Part shown: piece by piece, positions 1 through 10,324 of the stretch
Numbering within the stretch: the first letter of the stretch is position 1
Layout: the number at the start of each line of letters is the position of its first letter
NCBI GenBank assembly: GCA_946643435.1
Contig: CAMPCD010000003.1
Coordinates: forward strand, 14,866-78,865
Length of the DNA stretch: 64,000 nucleotides
Source: an uncultured bacterium
Lineage (GTDB): Bacteria; Bacillota_I; Bacilli_A; RF39; UBA660
Direction of reading: 5' to 3'
The notes under the pieces: generated by a model
What the model saw: only the letters and a program-made list of their open reading frames with translations
Databases searched by the model: none
What the model was told of the DNA's origin: nothing
Made by a program: the position numbers and the translations under genes

Positions 1-945
1 AAAGAGTTTGTTGATAACTATATTGAAGAACCATTTGATTTATCTAAAATAATATTTGTTCTTACAGCTAATGATATCAGAGACATACCTGATACATTAC
101 GAGATAGGTTGGAAGTAATAGAAATTAATTCTTATACAGAACAAGAAAAAGTTAATATAGCTAAGAAATATATTCTACCAATTATATGTGACGAATATAA
201 TGTATCGAAGATAAAGATTAGTGATGAAGTATTAACTTTTATTGTGCATAACTATACTAAAGAACCTGGTGTAAGAGAGCTAGAAAGAATATTAAGAAAG
301 ATAGTAAGAAATATTATTCTTAATTCGAATAATAAAGTATTAACTATTGATGCAGTATCTTCTATACTAGGAAGTAATGTATATAATAGAAAGTTAAATA
401 AAAATCATCACATAGGTGATGTATATTCATTGGGAGTTACTCCTAATGGTGGTGTAATAGTACCATTTGAAGCTATTTTAACTGATACAGATGAATCTAT
501 TAAAGTTATAGGTAATGTATCTGATTCAGTTAAAGAAACAACTATAATAGCTTATAATTATATTTTATCTAATGCTAAGAAATATGGTGTTGATACTAAA
601 TTATTAACTAACAATTCAATAGTAATTAATGCTTTAAACTATGGTATTAAGAAAGATGGTACATCTGGAGGACTAGCTATTACTACAGCTATATTATCTT
701 TATTATTAGATAAAGAAATACCTAGTAATGTATGTTTCTCTGGTGAAATTAGTTTACATGGAGATATATTCCAAATAGGTGGAATAAAAGAAAAACTAAT
801 AGGTGCTTATAACTCAGGCTTCAATAAGGTTTATTTACCATCTGATAATGAAGGTGATGTTAATGAGGTACCTGAAGAAATAACTAGTAAACTAGATATT
901 AAATATATATCTAATTATGATGAATTATTTAATGAAATATTTTAG
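1..945 (+). CDS. lon: Lon protease, C-terminal part (5' end lies upstream of window)
   Basis: Frame 1 is open from base 1 (KEFVDNYIEEPFDLSKIIFVLTAN..DRLEVIEINSYTEQEK, AAA+ region). Proteolytic domain has KDGTSGG (Ser) and GGIKEK (Lys) dyad motifs. Confidence 0.9.
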   Translation, partial: KEFVDNYIEEPFDLSKIIFVLTANDIRDIPDTLRDRLEVIEINSYTEQEKVNIAKKYILPIICDEYNVSKIKISDEVLTFIVHNYTKEPGVRELERILRKIVRNIILNSNNKVLTIDAVSSILGSNVYNRKLNKNHHIGDVYSLGVTPNGGVIVPFEAILTDTDESIKVIGNVSDSVKETTIIAYNYILSNAKKYGVDTKLLTNNSIVINALNYGIKKDGTSGGLAITTAILSLLLDKEIPSNVCFSGEISLHGDIFQIGGIKEKLIGAYNSGFNKVYLPSDNEGDVNEVPEEITSKLDIKYISNYDELFNEIF

Positions 946-952
946 ATATAAG

Positions 953-981
953 AAATAGGATTATTTAAATCCTATTTTTTA
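953..981 (+). terminator. Intrinsic terminator after lon
   Basis: Perfect 10-bp stem AAATAGGATT/AATCCTATTT with 5-nt loop, followed by a T-run. Confidence 0.75.
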
Positions 982-1010
982 TTGTAATAAACCCTTAATT
1001 ATTCTATAAT
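982..1010 (+). promoter_or_regulatory. SigA-type promoter of the pilin-like operon
   Basis: TTGTAA (982-987), 17-nt spacer, TATAAT (1005-1010), about 25 nt upstream of the start at 1035. Confidence 0.55.
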
Positions 1011-1034
1011 ATATTTAGAATAGGAGAGGTATAA

Positions 1035-2276
1035 ATGAAGAAAAATGGTTTTATTGCAACTAGTTTATTATATGCATTTTTTCTAGTATTTATCTCTTTA
1101 TTTATCGTATTATTATTAAACTTTTTACATAACAGATTATTAGTTCAAAAGATTGAAGAAGAAGCAAGAGAAAGATTAAATACTATCAATAATCTAACTT
1201 TTAGGGATTTAAAAGTAGGTGACTATATTCAAATTAGCCGTGCAAATGATAATCTTGAGTATAATATTCTTTCTGGTGAGGGAATGTGGCAAGTATATGA
1301 TGTTAATGTATCTGGTTCAGATGTCAACGTTAAAATGCTAAGTGACTTATTGGTTGTAGCACCAAGCGTAAAGGTAAAACTTGAAAGCGATTCTATAAAC
1401 AAAAGACACCCAATGGCTGTTCAAGTATTTGAAGAAATGAAAAAAAAGAATTCTGCAGTATATGATAATGAGTTGTTCAAGAAAATGTTTGGCATAGATT
1501 TGAATTGGACAAAGAATTTAGATTTTTCTATAGTAGATGCTAATACATTAAGAAGTATTAGAGAAAGTACTACTATTCCTCAATCTGTTAAAAGATCATT
1601 GTTTAATGTAAAAGGATCTTATATTGTTAGTATGAATAGTGGAGATTCTACTCTTGCTAATGCTGGTTATACAACTAGCTATACATACCCAACAAATCTA
1701 AGTGGAGCTTATTATGTATATAAAGCTTATAACTTTGATAATTATCGTAATGCTGGAGGTAATTTAGCAAATGCTAATGAAACTTCTAGAAGAATATTAA
1801 ATGATTATTGTGGTGCTACATTTGAAAATGATACATTATCATATTCGTATAAAAAAGATGGCGTTACTAAGACTAATCCATTTGGGTATGTTGATGTAGT
1901 AGATAATAAAACTTTATCAAGTGATAAGTCTTCTATAAATACTAATAAAAGTATAGATTTTTGTTATTTTGCATCTCCTGTAAGCTATACACATAATACA
2001 AGTGATTTGATTGTAATTGAAAATGAAATCAACAATAATGACTTTCTTGATTCTACTTTAACTCCAATATATAAATTAAGATTTAAACTAGATGTAACAT
2101 TTGGTTGGGCTAAATACAGTAGTGGTGACTTTTCTGCGGCACCTATCATTAATGGTGGAAAAGGACTACCTAATGATCCATATTTAGCAGGTGTAGTTAG
2201 TTCTTCTTATAATGATAATCTAAATTTAGAAGGATGTTATGGTTCAGGATGCTTTGCGAGTAACATGGTAAAATAA
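1035..2276 (+). CDS. Large prepilin-type (minor pseudopilin-like) protein, 413 aa
   Basis: SD GGAGAGG upstream. N-terminus MKKNG/FIATSLLYAFFLVFISLFIVLLL: short basic leader ending in Gly, then a hydrophobic helix, no Glu at +5. C-terminal CYGSGC. Confidence 0.6.
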   Translation: MKKNGFIATSLLYAFFLVFISLFIVLLLNFLHNRLLVQKIEEEARERLNTINNLTFRDLKVGDYIQISRANDNLEYNILSGEGMWQVYDVNVSGSDVNVKMLSDLLVVAPSVKVKLESDSINKRHPMAVQVFEEMKKKNSAVYDNELFKKMFGIDLNWTKNLDFSIVDANTLRSIRESTTIPQSVKRSLFNVKGSYIVSMNSGDSTLANAGYTTSYTYPTNLSGAYYVYKAYNFDNYRNAGGNLANANETSRRILNDYCGATFENDTLSYSYKKDGVTKTNPFGYVDVVDNKTLSSDKSSINTNKSIDFCYFASPVSYTHNTSDLIVIENEINNNDFLDSTLTPIYKLRFKLDVTFGWAKYSSGDFSAAPIINGGKGLPNDPYLAGVVSSSYNDNLNLEGCYGSGCFASNMVK

Positions 2277-2285
2277 GGTGATTAT

Positions 2286-3080
2286 ATGAAAACAAGAAAT
2301 AAAAATGGTTTTGTTTTCATGGAAACAGTTGTAGTAGTATGTGTATTATCTGTAACATTAATGTTATTATATGGTTCCTATGCACATATATTAAGAGTTT
2401 CTAGAGAAAGACAAACATTTGATACGACTGATAGTATCTATACAACTTATAATGTAGCTAATTATATTAAATCATTAGCTCTTGCTAATTATTATGGATT
2501 CGACCCTAGCTATGGTGTTGATAAACTTGAATGTAAACCACTTCCATTAGATAAAGGAGCATCATATAATTGGCAAAGTAAAGCCTTTTATATTAATGAT
2601 ATTATTCAAAATAATACTTCTGATAATGGACACGATTATATTCCATGGGTTTGTGATATAGGTAATGTGGCTTCTACTTCACCATTATATCCATTAAAAG
2701 ATATGTTTGATGTAGATAAGATATATATTAATTTATCTCCACGTACAATCCTTAATTCGCCAAATAAAAATGATATTTTGATGTCATTTGATGCAACTAC
2801 TATTGATTATATTCAAAGTTTAGGTGTTGGTGAAGACTTTGATCCTAAAACTGAATTATATTTTATTGTTAAGTATAAACATGTTTATGATAATGGTAAA
2901 TACGATGTAGTTCATTCAACACTAAGATTATCTAGAAATGGATATAGAGATATAGATTTTGATGAATCTGAGTATAATCTTAATTACTATTGTACATACG
3001 ATGAATATGGAAAGACTGATCCTATTTGTAAGAATAATTACGGTTATGGTTATGGATCTAATAGTGGTTACGCATATTAG
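2286..3080 (+). CDS. Prepilin-type N-terminal cleavage/methylation domain protein, 264 aa
   Basis: MKTRNKNG/FVFMETVVVVCVLSV: Gly-Phe cleavage site with Glu at +5 and a hydrophobic helix. Gly/Tyr-rich C-terminus. Confidence 0.7.
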   Translation: MKTRNKNGFVFMETVVVVCVLSVTLMLLYGSYAHILRVSRERQTFDTTDSIYTTYNVANYIKSLALANYYGFDPSYGVDKLECKPLPLDKGASYNWQSKAFYINDIIQNNTSDNGHDYIPWVCDIGNVASTSPLYPLKDMFDVDKIYINLSPRTILNSPNKNDILMSFDATTIDYIQSLGVGEDFDPKTELYFIVKYKHVYDNGKYDVVHSTLRLSRNGYRDIDFDESEYNLNYYCTYDEYGKTDPICKNNYGYGYGSNSGYAY

Positions 3081-3101
3081 ATTTTATTGGAGGAAATAAC
3101 G

Positions 3102-3911
3102 ATGAAAAAGAATATATATAAGCGTGGCGTAACTATTGTTGAAATATTATTAAGTATCTTAATAATAGGTATGGTTGTTATTGTTTTATTTAATATGTTA
3201 GTTAATGTTCGTAATGAAGATAGAAATAATCAAATACAATCAAGATACGTATTAAACCAAGCACAATTTACAGAAAGAATTCAAGAAGATCTAATTGACT
3301 ATGGTATTTATCAAATATCTGCATGTGATATATATCAAGTAGATGTTGAAAGTTATAACTTAAATGATATGTATAGAAGTGATTTCAAATGTTTAAGATT
3401 TGATTTTGCTGATGATGGTGTAACCGATAATGTAGGATTCTTAATGATATATAATTATAATCAAAAATATGATGTAAATAATAAAGGTATTACTGGTAAG
3501 AATAGTTCATGGATGATTAGATATGTTCGTGGACATTACGACTATTCTGGTGATGCACCTACATGGATAACATTAAATTCATTAATGAATGAAATACCTG
3601 ACGAAGTACAATTAGGACAAATAACAGTTAAATATACTGTAGGGCTTGGAGCTAAAGCTAGTTCATCAATACCTAATATTATGAGAATAAATGTACCAAT
3701 TATAAGTGAAGGTGGAGAACATTATGATATTGATTTATCATATTCTACTGCAGCTCATAGTGACTCATTTATTTCATGTGTATCTGGTGAAAATACTGGT
3801 GCTGCTTATGCAAGTATTAAGTGTGAGTGTACTGGTAATGATCGTGCTTGCCAACAATCAAAAATATCTCGTGTGGGATATGGCTATGAAGCATCATCAA
3901 CGAAAAGATAA
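3102..3911 (+). CDS. Prepilin-type N-terminal cleavage/methylation domain protein, 269 aa
   Basis: ATG at 3102 preceded by GGAGG (3089-3093). MKKNIYKRG/VTIVEILLSILIIG with Glu at +5. Cys-rich C-terminal region. Confidence 0.7.
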   Translation: MKKNIYKRGVTIVEILLSILIIGMVVIVLFNMLVNVRNEDRNNQIQSRYVLNQAQFTERIQEDLIDYGIYQISACDIYQVDVESYNLNDMYRSDFKCLRFDFADDGVTDNVGFLMIYNYNQKYDVNNKGITGKNSSWMIRYVRGHYDYSGDAPTWITLNSLMNEIPDEVQLGQITVKYTVGLGAKASSSIPNIMRINVPIISEGGEHYDIDLSYSTAAHSDSFISCVSGENTGAAYASIKCECTGNDRACQQSKISRVGYGYEASSTKR

Positions 3912-3918
3912 AAAAGAC

Positions 3919-4221
3919 TCAAATAATTAAGTCTTTTATCTTTTTATAATTAGATTGATATTTATTTTCAAAAAAAGCTATTAATTTATTATATATATTA
4001 TTACTTAATATAAATGCATTAGCTACACAAGATAATATAGTAATAAATACTAAAGTATAGACAAATGTTTTAGATACTGTTAATTTAGTTGCAATTAATA
4101 AAATAAGTGAATATGGTATTAAAGATATTAAAAATCCTATAAAAAAGTATTTATACTTAGCATATTCTATATTATTAATTTCTTTTAATATTGTTAATTC
4201 ATTGTTGCTTCTCATACACAT
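3919..4221 (-). CDS. Small membrane protein, 100 aa, unknown function
   Basis: ORF with two predicted TM helices, convergent with the pilin-like operon. No recognisable family. Confidence 0.4.
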   Translation of the reverse strand: MCMRSNNELTILKEINNIEYAKYKYFFIGFLISLIPYSLILLIATKLTVSKTFVYTLVFITILSCVANAFILSNNIYNKLIAFFENKYQSNYKKIKDLII

Positions 4222-4245
4222 ATCCTCTAATTAAATTATATAATA

Positions 4246-4274
4246 ATAAAAATATCACTTCAATAAGAAGTGAT
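4246..4274 (-). terminator. Intrinsic terminator after murT-gatD (minus strand)
   Basis: 8-bp stem ATCACTTC/GAAGTGAT with loop AATAA. On the minus strand it is followed by a T-rich run. Overlaps the gatD stop. Confidence 0.6.
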
Positions 4275-5011
4275 TATTTTATATCAATTTTAAAATTTCT
4301 TAAGTATTCTTTATAAGCTATTTTATCTAAACTATCTTTAGCTTTAAAAGGAATATTTCTATCAGTTAATAAATCTTTCATGATTTTATCTAATAGGTAA
4401 GGATTACGTACTAGAAGTGGACCTAGTAAATATGTACCATAGAAGTGGTATTTATGTACTCCTTCTGTAGTCATTAAGGAAGCACTAGCAAATCCTTTTT
4501 TTACATTGAATAAGATATTATCTTTATTAGTATGTTCATTACCATGATTATAGAATCCAATAATAGGATAATCTAAATCTTTCATATAACATATTGCTTC
4601 AGATACTAATCTTTCTAAGTTTTGAAGTTCTTCATCACTTACAATATTAGTTACTTTCTTACTTTCAAATCCAAATAGATTTAATGCTTTCTTTCCATTT
4701 ATTGATTTACCAAATAATTCATATGAATTACCTGTAGAAATAAAGTATAAACCATTTTCTATAGCATCAAGTAAATCTTTTTTATATTTTAATAAATCTT
4801 TTCTTATTAACTCTTGTACTTCATAATTCATATGTCCTAGATAAACTAGATCATATTTACTGAATTTAATATCATCATCTAAAGATAATTTATCTAAGTT
4901 ATATGGAACTTTTTGTTCATCTAATATTCTTGTTATAGCCTTAATATTACCTGAATCACCAGATAAGTTAGCTAAGTCATAATATAAGTGTAGGATATTA
5001 ATCTTTTTCAT
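4274..5011 (-). CDS. gatD: GatD-like (CobQ/GATase_3-type) subunit of lipid II isoglutaminyl synthase, catalytic residues apparently substituted
   Basis: INILHLYYDLANLSGDSGNI, GFYNHG and GTYLLGPLL blocks resemble S. aureus GatD. Start overlaps the murT stop (TAATG). The expected CGGYQ Cys and the HGP His are absent. Confidence 0.75.
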   Translation of the reverse strand: MKKINILHLYYDLANLSGDSGNIKAITRILDEQKVPYNLDKLSLDDDIKFSKYDLVYLGHMNYEVQELIRKDLLKYKKDLLDAIENGLYFISTGNSYELFGKSINGKKALNLFGFESKKVTNIVSDEELQNLERLVSEAICYMKDLDYPIIGFYNHGNEHTNKDNILFNVKKGFASASLMTTEGVHKYHFYGTYLLGPLLVRNPYLLDKIMKDLLTDRNIPFKAKDSLDKIAYKEYLRNFKIDIK

Positions 5012-6360
5012 TAGCGTCTCACCTCACTTAAAGCTTTCTTTACAGGTGCCATCATATCTAAGAATACGACAACATATATATTACCTTTTGAATGATTATA
5101 TACTTTATTAGGTAATACTCTTTTGTAGTCATCTACAATAACTACTTTATTATCAGGTATATTATTGTATTTTAAACATACTGCAATATCATATCTAAAT
5201 CTACCAATACAATAGATTTTATCTATATCTTTTTTATTTAGTTTATTGAAATCTATATCATACATCCAAGATAAATCATTTAAAGCATATCTTCTAGATA
5301 CATTATCAAATCCAATAACAACTGTTTTAGTTCCTTTTTGTTCATTTATATAATCAATAGTTTGTTCATATGATAGAGCATTCTCTGGTTTAGAATCTAT
5401 CATTTCTATTTTTCTTCTACCAACTCTAAACATATTTTCTGAGTTTGAATCTTTATAATCATTGTTTAATACTTTCATTATATCTTCATCAGATATACCA
5501 ATTAAATTACAAGTAGTGTATGCTGCAAGTGTAGCATAAGCAGTGAAGAATGCACCATGATCTAATTTTACTATATGATCATTTATAGTCATGAATCTAT
5601 TAGTTAAATTAATATCTTTACCTTTATAATCTAATGGATTAGTTCCAAATTCACATTCCTTACAATAGAATGAGCCAATATTACCATAGTGATAAAAATG
5701 ATATTTTAACTTTTTATTACATCTAGGACAATATGTTGAATCTAATGTATCATTGTAAGGTTTAGTATAATCTGTTTCATATCTTTGTATACCATATTTA
5801 GTATAAGTATTGTTAGTATCAATAGTATATCTTAATACAAGTGGATCATCAGCATTTAATATTAAATGAATATTATCTGATAATGAATCTTTAACTCTGT
5901 TATAAACAAGTATTGGTTCTCCATTACGAGCTACTTGATCTCTAGTTAAGTTAGTTACAATTAAATGAGTCATTTGATTCTTATTAAATACTTTATAGAA
6001 TGATGATTCATCTAATTCAAGTAATAATACATCACATTTAACTTTTTTAGTGAATGGATTAGTATGATTTAATATTAAAGTAGTTAAAGCATTAGTAATA
6101 TTTGAACCATTTTTATTCCATACAACTTTATATCCATTCTTAGTTAATATTTTAGCTATTAGTTTGGTAGTAGATCCTTTACCAGAAGAACCAGTTACAC
6201 CAATAACAAATTTAGGATATACTAATTTATTTAATATATCTGGATCACATTTAGATGCAATATATCCTGGCCAAACAGAACCATCTTTATGTAATATTAT
6301 TTTTAAAATATTAATTAAGAATGTAACAATTTTATTCAAAATAATTACAAGTGTTGTCAT
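5011..6360 (-). CDS. murT: MurT, Mur-ligase-family subunit of lipid II isoglutaminyl synthase
   Basis: P-loop GVTGSSGKGSTT. Cys4 ribbon CPRCN..CKEC typical of MurT. DUF1727-like C-terminus (DLSWMYDIDF). ATG at 6360 preceded by AGGTGA; the track start at 6369 is a GTG inside the SD. Confidence 0.85.
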   Translation of the reverse strand: MTTLVIILNKIVTFLINILKIILHKDGSVWPGYIASKCDPDILNKLVYPKFVIGVTGSSGKGSTTKLIAKILTKNGYKVVWNKNGSNITNALTTLILNHTNPFTKKVKCDVLLLELDESSFYKVFNKNQMTHLIVTNLTRDQVARNGEPILVYNRVKDSLSDNIHLILNADDPLVLRYTIDTNNTYTKYGIQRYETDYTKPYNDTLDSTYCPRCNKKLKYHFYHYGNIGSFYCKECEFGTNPLDYKGKDINLTNRFMTINDHIVKLDHGAFFTAYATLAAYTTCNLIGISDEDIMKVLNNDYKDSNSENMFRVGRRKIEMIDSKPENALSYEQTIDYINEQKGTKTVVIGFDNVSRRYALNDLSWMYDIDFNKLNKKDIDKIYCIGRFRYDIAVCLKYNNIPDNKVVIVDDYKRVLPNKVYNHSKGNIYVVVFLDMMAPVKKALSEVRR

Positions 6361-6447
6361 ATAAATCACCTAACATAATTATACCACGATAATTCTTTAT
6401 TTTAATATTTATTTATAGTATAATTATCTAAGAATAGGGTGTAGTTT

Positions 6448-7701
6448 ATGAGAGAAATTCTATCTAGTTTAGATATAGGTTCATCTAAAATAAAACTTGT
6501 TGTAGCAGAAATCTTAAATGGACACGTAAATGTATTATGTGCTTTAGAAGAACAATCAAGAGGCGTTAAGAAGGGTGCTATATATAATCCTGATGAAACT
6601 GAATACGCTATTAAAAAGATTTTAAAGAAAACTGAAGAAACATTAGGAGTTAAAGTTACTAAGACAGTAGTATCAGTAAATGAAGATTCATGTGATTTTA
6701 AAATAGGTGAAGCAGAAATAGATATACAAGAAGAAGGAGAAGTATCTTCAAGTATAATTCAAAAAGTATTACAACAATCTATAACTGGAGGACTAACACC
6801 TGGTAATGAAATAGTTACAATTATACCTATTCGTTATAAAGTAGATGATGTGGCTACTATTAGTCCTAAAGGAATAAAGGGTAAATCTTTACAAGTTAAA
6901 ACAGTTATTGTATCTGTTCCTAAAAGAGAAATATATGGAGTAGCTAAAATACTAGAAAAGTGTAATTGTTCAGTAGTAGATGTAATGATTCCTTCTATGG
7001 GAGCTTATTATGCTAATAGGAGTTATTTAGCTGAGAAGTCTCAATCACTTATTAAAGAAAGTACAGGTATTGTTATTGATATTGGTGCAGAAGTAACTAA
7101 TATAGGTGTTATAAATAAAGGTATTATTATCAATAATAATGTTTTACCATTAGGTGGTAATTTAGTAGATCAAGACTTATCATTTATATATAAATTAGAT
7201 AATCAAGTAGCTAAAGAAGTAAAAGAAACATTTGCTTTAGCTAATAAACGTAATGCAAGTGTTAAAACTACAAAAGATGTTGTTAATACATTAGGTGAAA
7301 AGATTACTCTAAATCAATATGAAGTAAGTGAAGTGTGTATGTCCCGTGTACATGAGATGCTTAACACAGTAAAAAATGAAATAAACTACTTAACAAAGAA
7401 AGAAATAAGTTATATAATTATAACAGGAGGACTCTCAGAATTTAAAGGTTTTAATTTGGAAGTAGAGAGTGTTTTTGGACCTCTAGCAAAAATAGGTAAA
7501 GTAAATGTTATTGGAGCTAGAGATAATAAATTTGCTTGTGCTATTGGAATGATTAAATATTTCGATGAAAAACTAGGACTTAGAGATAAAGAATTTTCTA
7601 TATTATCTCAAGATGACTTAGATGTATTAAGTGGTTCTAATCAAGATAAATCTAATAGTTCATTACTTAATAGAGTATTTGGCAAATTTTTTGATAATTA
7701 A
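6448..7701 (+). CDS. ftsA: Cell division protein FtsA
   Basis: Actin-like ATPase fold motifs ([27 protein letters not shown]). C-terminal amphipathic helix [10 protein letters not shown]. Immediately upstream of ftsZ. Confidence 0.92.
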   Translation: MREILSSLDIGSSKIKLVVAEILNGHVNVLCALEEQSRGVKKGAIYNPDETEYAIKKILKKTEETLGVKVTKTVVSVNEDSCDFKIGEAEIDIQEEGEVSSSIIQKVLQQSITGGLTPGNEIVTIIPIRYKVDDVATISPKGIKGKSLQVKTVIVSVPKREIYGVAKILEKCNCSVVDVMIPSMGAYYANRSYLAEKSQSLIKESTGIVIDIGAEVTNIGVINKGIIINNNVLPLGGNLVDQDLSFIYKLDNQVAKEVKETFALANKRNASVKTTKDVVNTLGEKITLNQYEVSEVCMSRVHEMLNTVKNEINYLTKKEISYIIITGGLSEFKGFNLEVESVFGPLAKIGKVNVIGARDNKFACAIGMIKYFDEKLGLRDKEFSILSQDDLDVLSGSNQDKSNSSLLNRVFGKFFDN

Positions 7702-7712
7702 GGAGTGATTAT

Positions 7713-8783
7713 ATGAATAATACTGATCAATTTGGTAATCCTATAGTTAGAATTAAAGTTGTAGGTGTTGGTGGTGGCGGATGTAACGCTATCAATAGAA
7801 TGATCGAATATGGAGTTAAAGGAATAGACTTTATTGCTGCAAATACAGATTTACAAGCATTAAATGCTAGTCCTGCAGATTATAAATTACAATTAGGTAA
7901 GAATACTACTAAAGGTCAAGGTGCTGGAGCAAATCCTGAAACAGGTAGAGCTGCTGCAGAAGAATCTAGAGATGAAATAAGAAAAGCTTTAGAAGGCGCT
8001 GATATGGTATTCGTTACTTGTGGTTTAGGTGGAGGTACTGGAACAGGTGCATCTCCTATAATTGCAGAAATTGCACAAGACCTTGGAGCATTAACTGTAG
8101 CTATAGTAACTAAGCCATTCAAGTTTGAAGGTAAGAGAAGAATGGATCAAGCTATAATTGGTCTAGATGAATTAAAACAACATGTAGATACAATTATTGT
8201 TATTCCAAATGATAATTTAAGAAGTATTATTGATAAGACCACAGTATTTACTGATGCATTCAAATCAGTAGATAATGTATTACATAGAGGTGTTCAATCT
8301 ATATCAGATTTAATTGCTGTTACTGGATTATTAAACTTAGACTTTGCTGATGTTAAATCAGTAATGGCTAATAGAGGATCAGCATTAATTGGTATTGGAT
8401 TAGGAACTGGTGAAAATAGAGCTGTTGAAGCTGCAAGACAAGCTGTATCAAGCCCATTATTAGAGGAATCAATTGATGGTGCTACAGATGCAATCATTAA
8501 TGTTACTGGTGGTAATTCATTAACATTATTTGAAGCATCAGATGCAGTTGAAGTAGTAAGACAAGCTGCTCAAACAGATATTAATATTATCTTTGGTGCA
8601 GTTATCAATGAAGATTTAAATGATGAAGTAATAGTTACTGTTATTGCTACAGGATTTGATTCTGATAAAGCAGTAATAGATGACGTACCATATGCACCTG
8701 TATATGATGAGGAAACAACAAATAATACATCATCAATAGATGATGAATATGATATTCCTCCATTCTTAAGAGATAATTTATAA
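7713..8783 (+). CDS. ftsZ: Cell division GTPase FtsZ
   Basis: GVGGGGCNA, tubulin signature [16 protein letters not shown]-terminal peptide DIPPFLR. Confidence 0.97.
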   Translation: MNNTDQFGNPIVRIKVVGVGGGGCNAINRMIEYGVKGIDFIAANTDLQALNASPADYKLQLGKNTTKGQGAGANPETGRAAAEESRDEIRKALEGADMVFVTCGLGGGTGTGASPIIAEIAQDLGALTVAIVTKPFKFEGKRRMDQAIIGLDELKQHVDTIIVIPNDNLRSIIDKTTVFTDAFKSVDNVLHRGVQSISDLIAVTGLLNLDFADVKSVMANRGSALIGIGLGTGENRAVEAARQAVSSPLLEESIDGATDAIINVTGGNSLTLFEASDAVEVVRQAAQTDINIIFGAVINEDLNDEVIVTVIATGFDSDKAVIDDVPYAPVYDEETTNNTSSIDDEYDIPPFLRDNL

Positions 8784-8807
8784 GATGTGTCAAACACATC
8801 TTTTTTT
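8784..8807 (+). terminator. Intrinsic terminator after ftsZ
   Basis: GATGTGT-CAA-ACACATC hairpin followed by TTTTTTT. Confidence 0.75.
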
Positions 8808-8864
8808 ATGTCTACATTTAATGCATATAGTTTTTAAATTGTTATAATTGTATTAGGTGTTGAT

Positions 8865-10313
8865 ATGAAGAAAGTTGAAACAAAGGCTAAAAGACATTTG
8901 AATTTTAAGCTTGTAGCATTATTATTAGTTATTTTTTCAATTATTACTTTATTCTTACTTATTAAGAGTAATCTTTTTTCTATACTAACAATTATATTAA
9001 TGGTTTTATTCACTGGTATTATAGATTTTTTATTTGTTAAAGGATTAACTAGTAAGTTAAAAGTATGGTGTAAGAATGTTTTATCTTTCTTTGTGCTTAT
9101 ATTAATAATAATTCAAATATTATTTTATATATTTGGTAATAAAGCAATTATATTCTTATCATCTATCATTGATAATGGTATTCGTACATATACATATGAT
9201 GTATATGTATTAGATAAAAGTGATTATAAAGAATTAAAAGATATTAATAATAAGATGATATCTTATATCATGGATGATAATATAAATGAAGTAAAAGATA
9301 AGATAGGTAAAGAAATACAATATAAGACTAGAATATCAGATGATATAAATAAATTAATGGATAGCATAATAAATGAAGAAGTAGATGCTGTTATAATTGA
9401 ACAATCTTATGTAGATGTTATTAAAGAATATAATGAAACTGATTTTAATAAATTAAGAAAGATACATTCAGTAGAAATAACAACTAAGATTAAAGTTGAA
9501 AGAAGCAATAAGAATATTATGGATAAACCATTTGTAGTATATATTTCAGGTATAGATACTATGGGTAAGATTAATTCTAATGCTAGAAGTGATGTTAACT
9601 TATTATTAGCAGTTAATCTAAATAAAAAAGAAATAAAGATGGTATCAACTCCAAGAGACTATTACATAGATTTACCTACAAAAGGTAAAAAAGATAAATT
9701 AACTCATTCAGGTTTATATGGTATAGATGAAACTATGAAATCTTTATCTAAACTATATGATGTTAATATTGATTATTATGTTAGAATTAATTTCTCTTCA
9801 TTTATTAATATTATAGATAAAATAGGTGGAGTAGATGTTGATATTGAAGATAAGTTCTGTGAATCTAATGAAGAAAGATCGTTAAAGAAAAATGATCTTA
9901 TATGTATAGATAAAGGTCTTAATAATTTGAATGGTAAACAAGCCTTAGCATATGCTAGAAATAGACATGCTTTTGCTAATGGAGATATTTCAAGAGGTAA
10001 TCATCAAATGCAAATATTAACTGCTACTATTAATAAATTGACTAATAAAGATATCTTATCAAATTATAATGATATTATTGATTCACTTAAAGGACAAGTA
10101 TTAACTAATATCAATATCGATGATATCTATAAAGTAGCAAGAAAACAATTAAAAGATAATAGTAGTTTTAAAATAGAATCTTATACACCTAAAATAAAAG
10201 ATATGAATAAATTAGCTGATTGTTATTCAGTTGGTGATTGGGCATATGTATTAATAGGTGATGATGATTCTGTTAAAGAAATATCTGATAGTTTAAAATC
10301 TACATTAAATTAA
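8865..10313 (+). CDS. LytR-CpsA-Psr (LCP) family cell-wall glycopolymer ligase with multi-TM N-terminus
   Basis: N-terminal TM helices, then LCP core (SDVNLLLAVNLNKKEIKMVSTPRDYY, LTHSGLYG, ALAYARNRH). Confidence 0.8.
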   Translation: MKKVETKAKRHLNFKLVALLLVIFSIITLFLLIKSNLFSILTIILMVLFTGIIDFLFVKGLTSKLKVWCKNVLSFFVLILIIIQILFYIFGNKAIIFLSSIIDNGIRTYTYDVYVLDKSDYKELKDINNKMISYIMDDNINEVKDKIGKEIQYKTRISDDINKLMDSIINEEVDAVIIEQSYVDVIKEYNETDFNKLRKIHSVEITTKIKVERSNKNIMDKPFVVYISGIDTMGKINSNARSDVNLLLAVNLNKKEIKMVSTPRDYYIDLPTKGKKDKLTHSGLYGIDETMKSLSKLYDVNIDYYVRINFSSFINIIDKIGGVDVDIEDKFCESNEERSLKKNDLICIDKGLNNLNGKQALAYARNRHAFANGDISRGNHQMQILTATINKLTNKDILSNYNDIIDSLKGQVLTNINIDDIYKVARKQLKDNSSFKIESYTPKIKDMNKLADCYSVGDWAYVLIGDDDSVKEISDSLKSTLN

Positions 10314-10324
10314 AAAAGAGTATA

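Noticed and set aside
3706-3930. Overlapping same-strand ORFs (3706-3930, 6164-6364, 38501-38710) and minus-strand ORFs across the Flp-like region (25784-26199, 27606-27848)
   Set aside because: They are alternative frames of better-supported genes, with no SD. Their hydrophobic translations are typical of out-of-frame AT-rich sequence.
7916-8797. Three minus-strand ORFs (68, 67 and 75 aa) inside ftsZ
   Set aside because: They are antisense to a highly conserved gene. Their translations are low-complexity (Ala/Pro/Ser/Thr-rich) mirror images of the Gly/Ala-rich FtsZ codons, with no SD.
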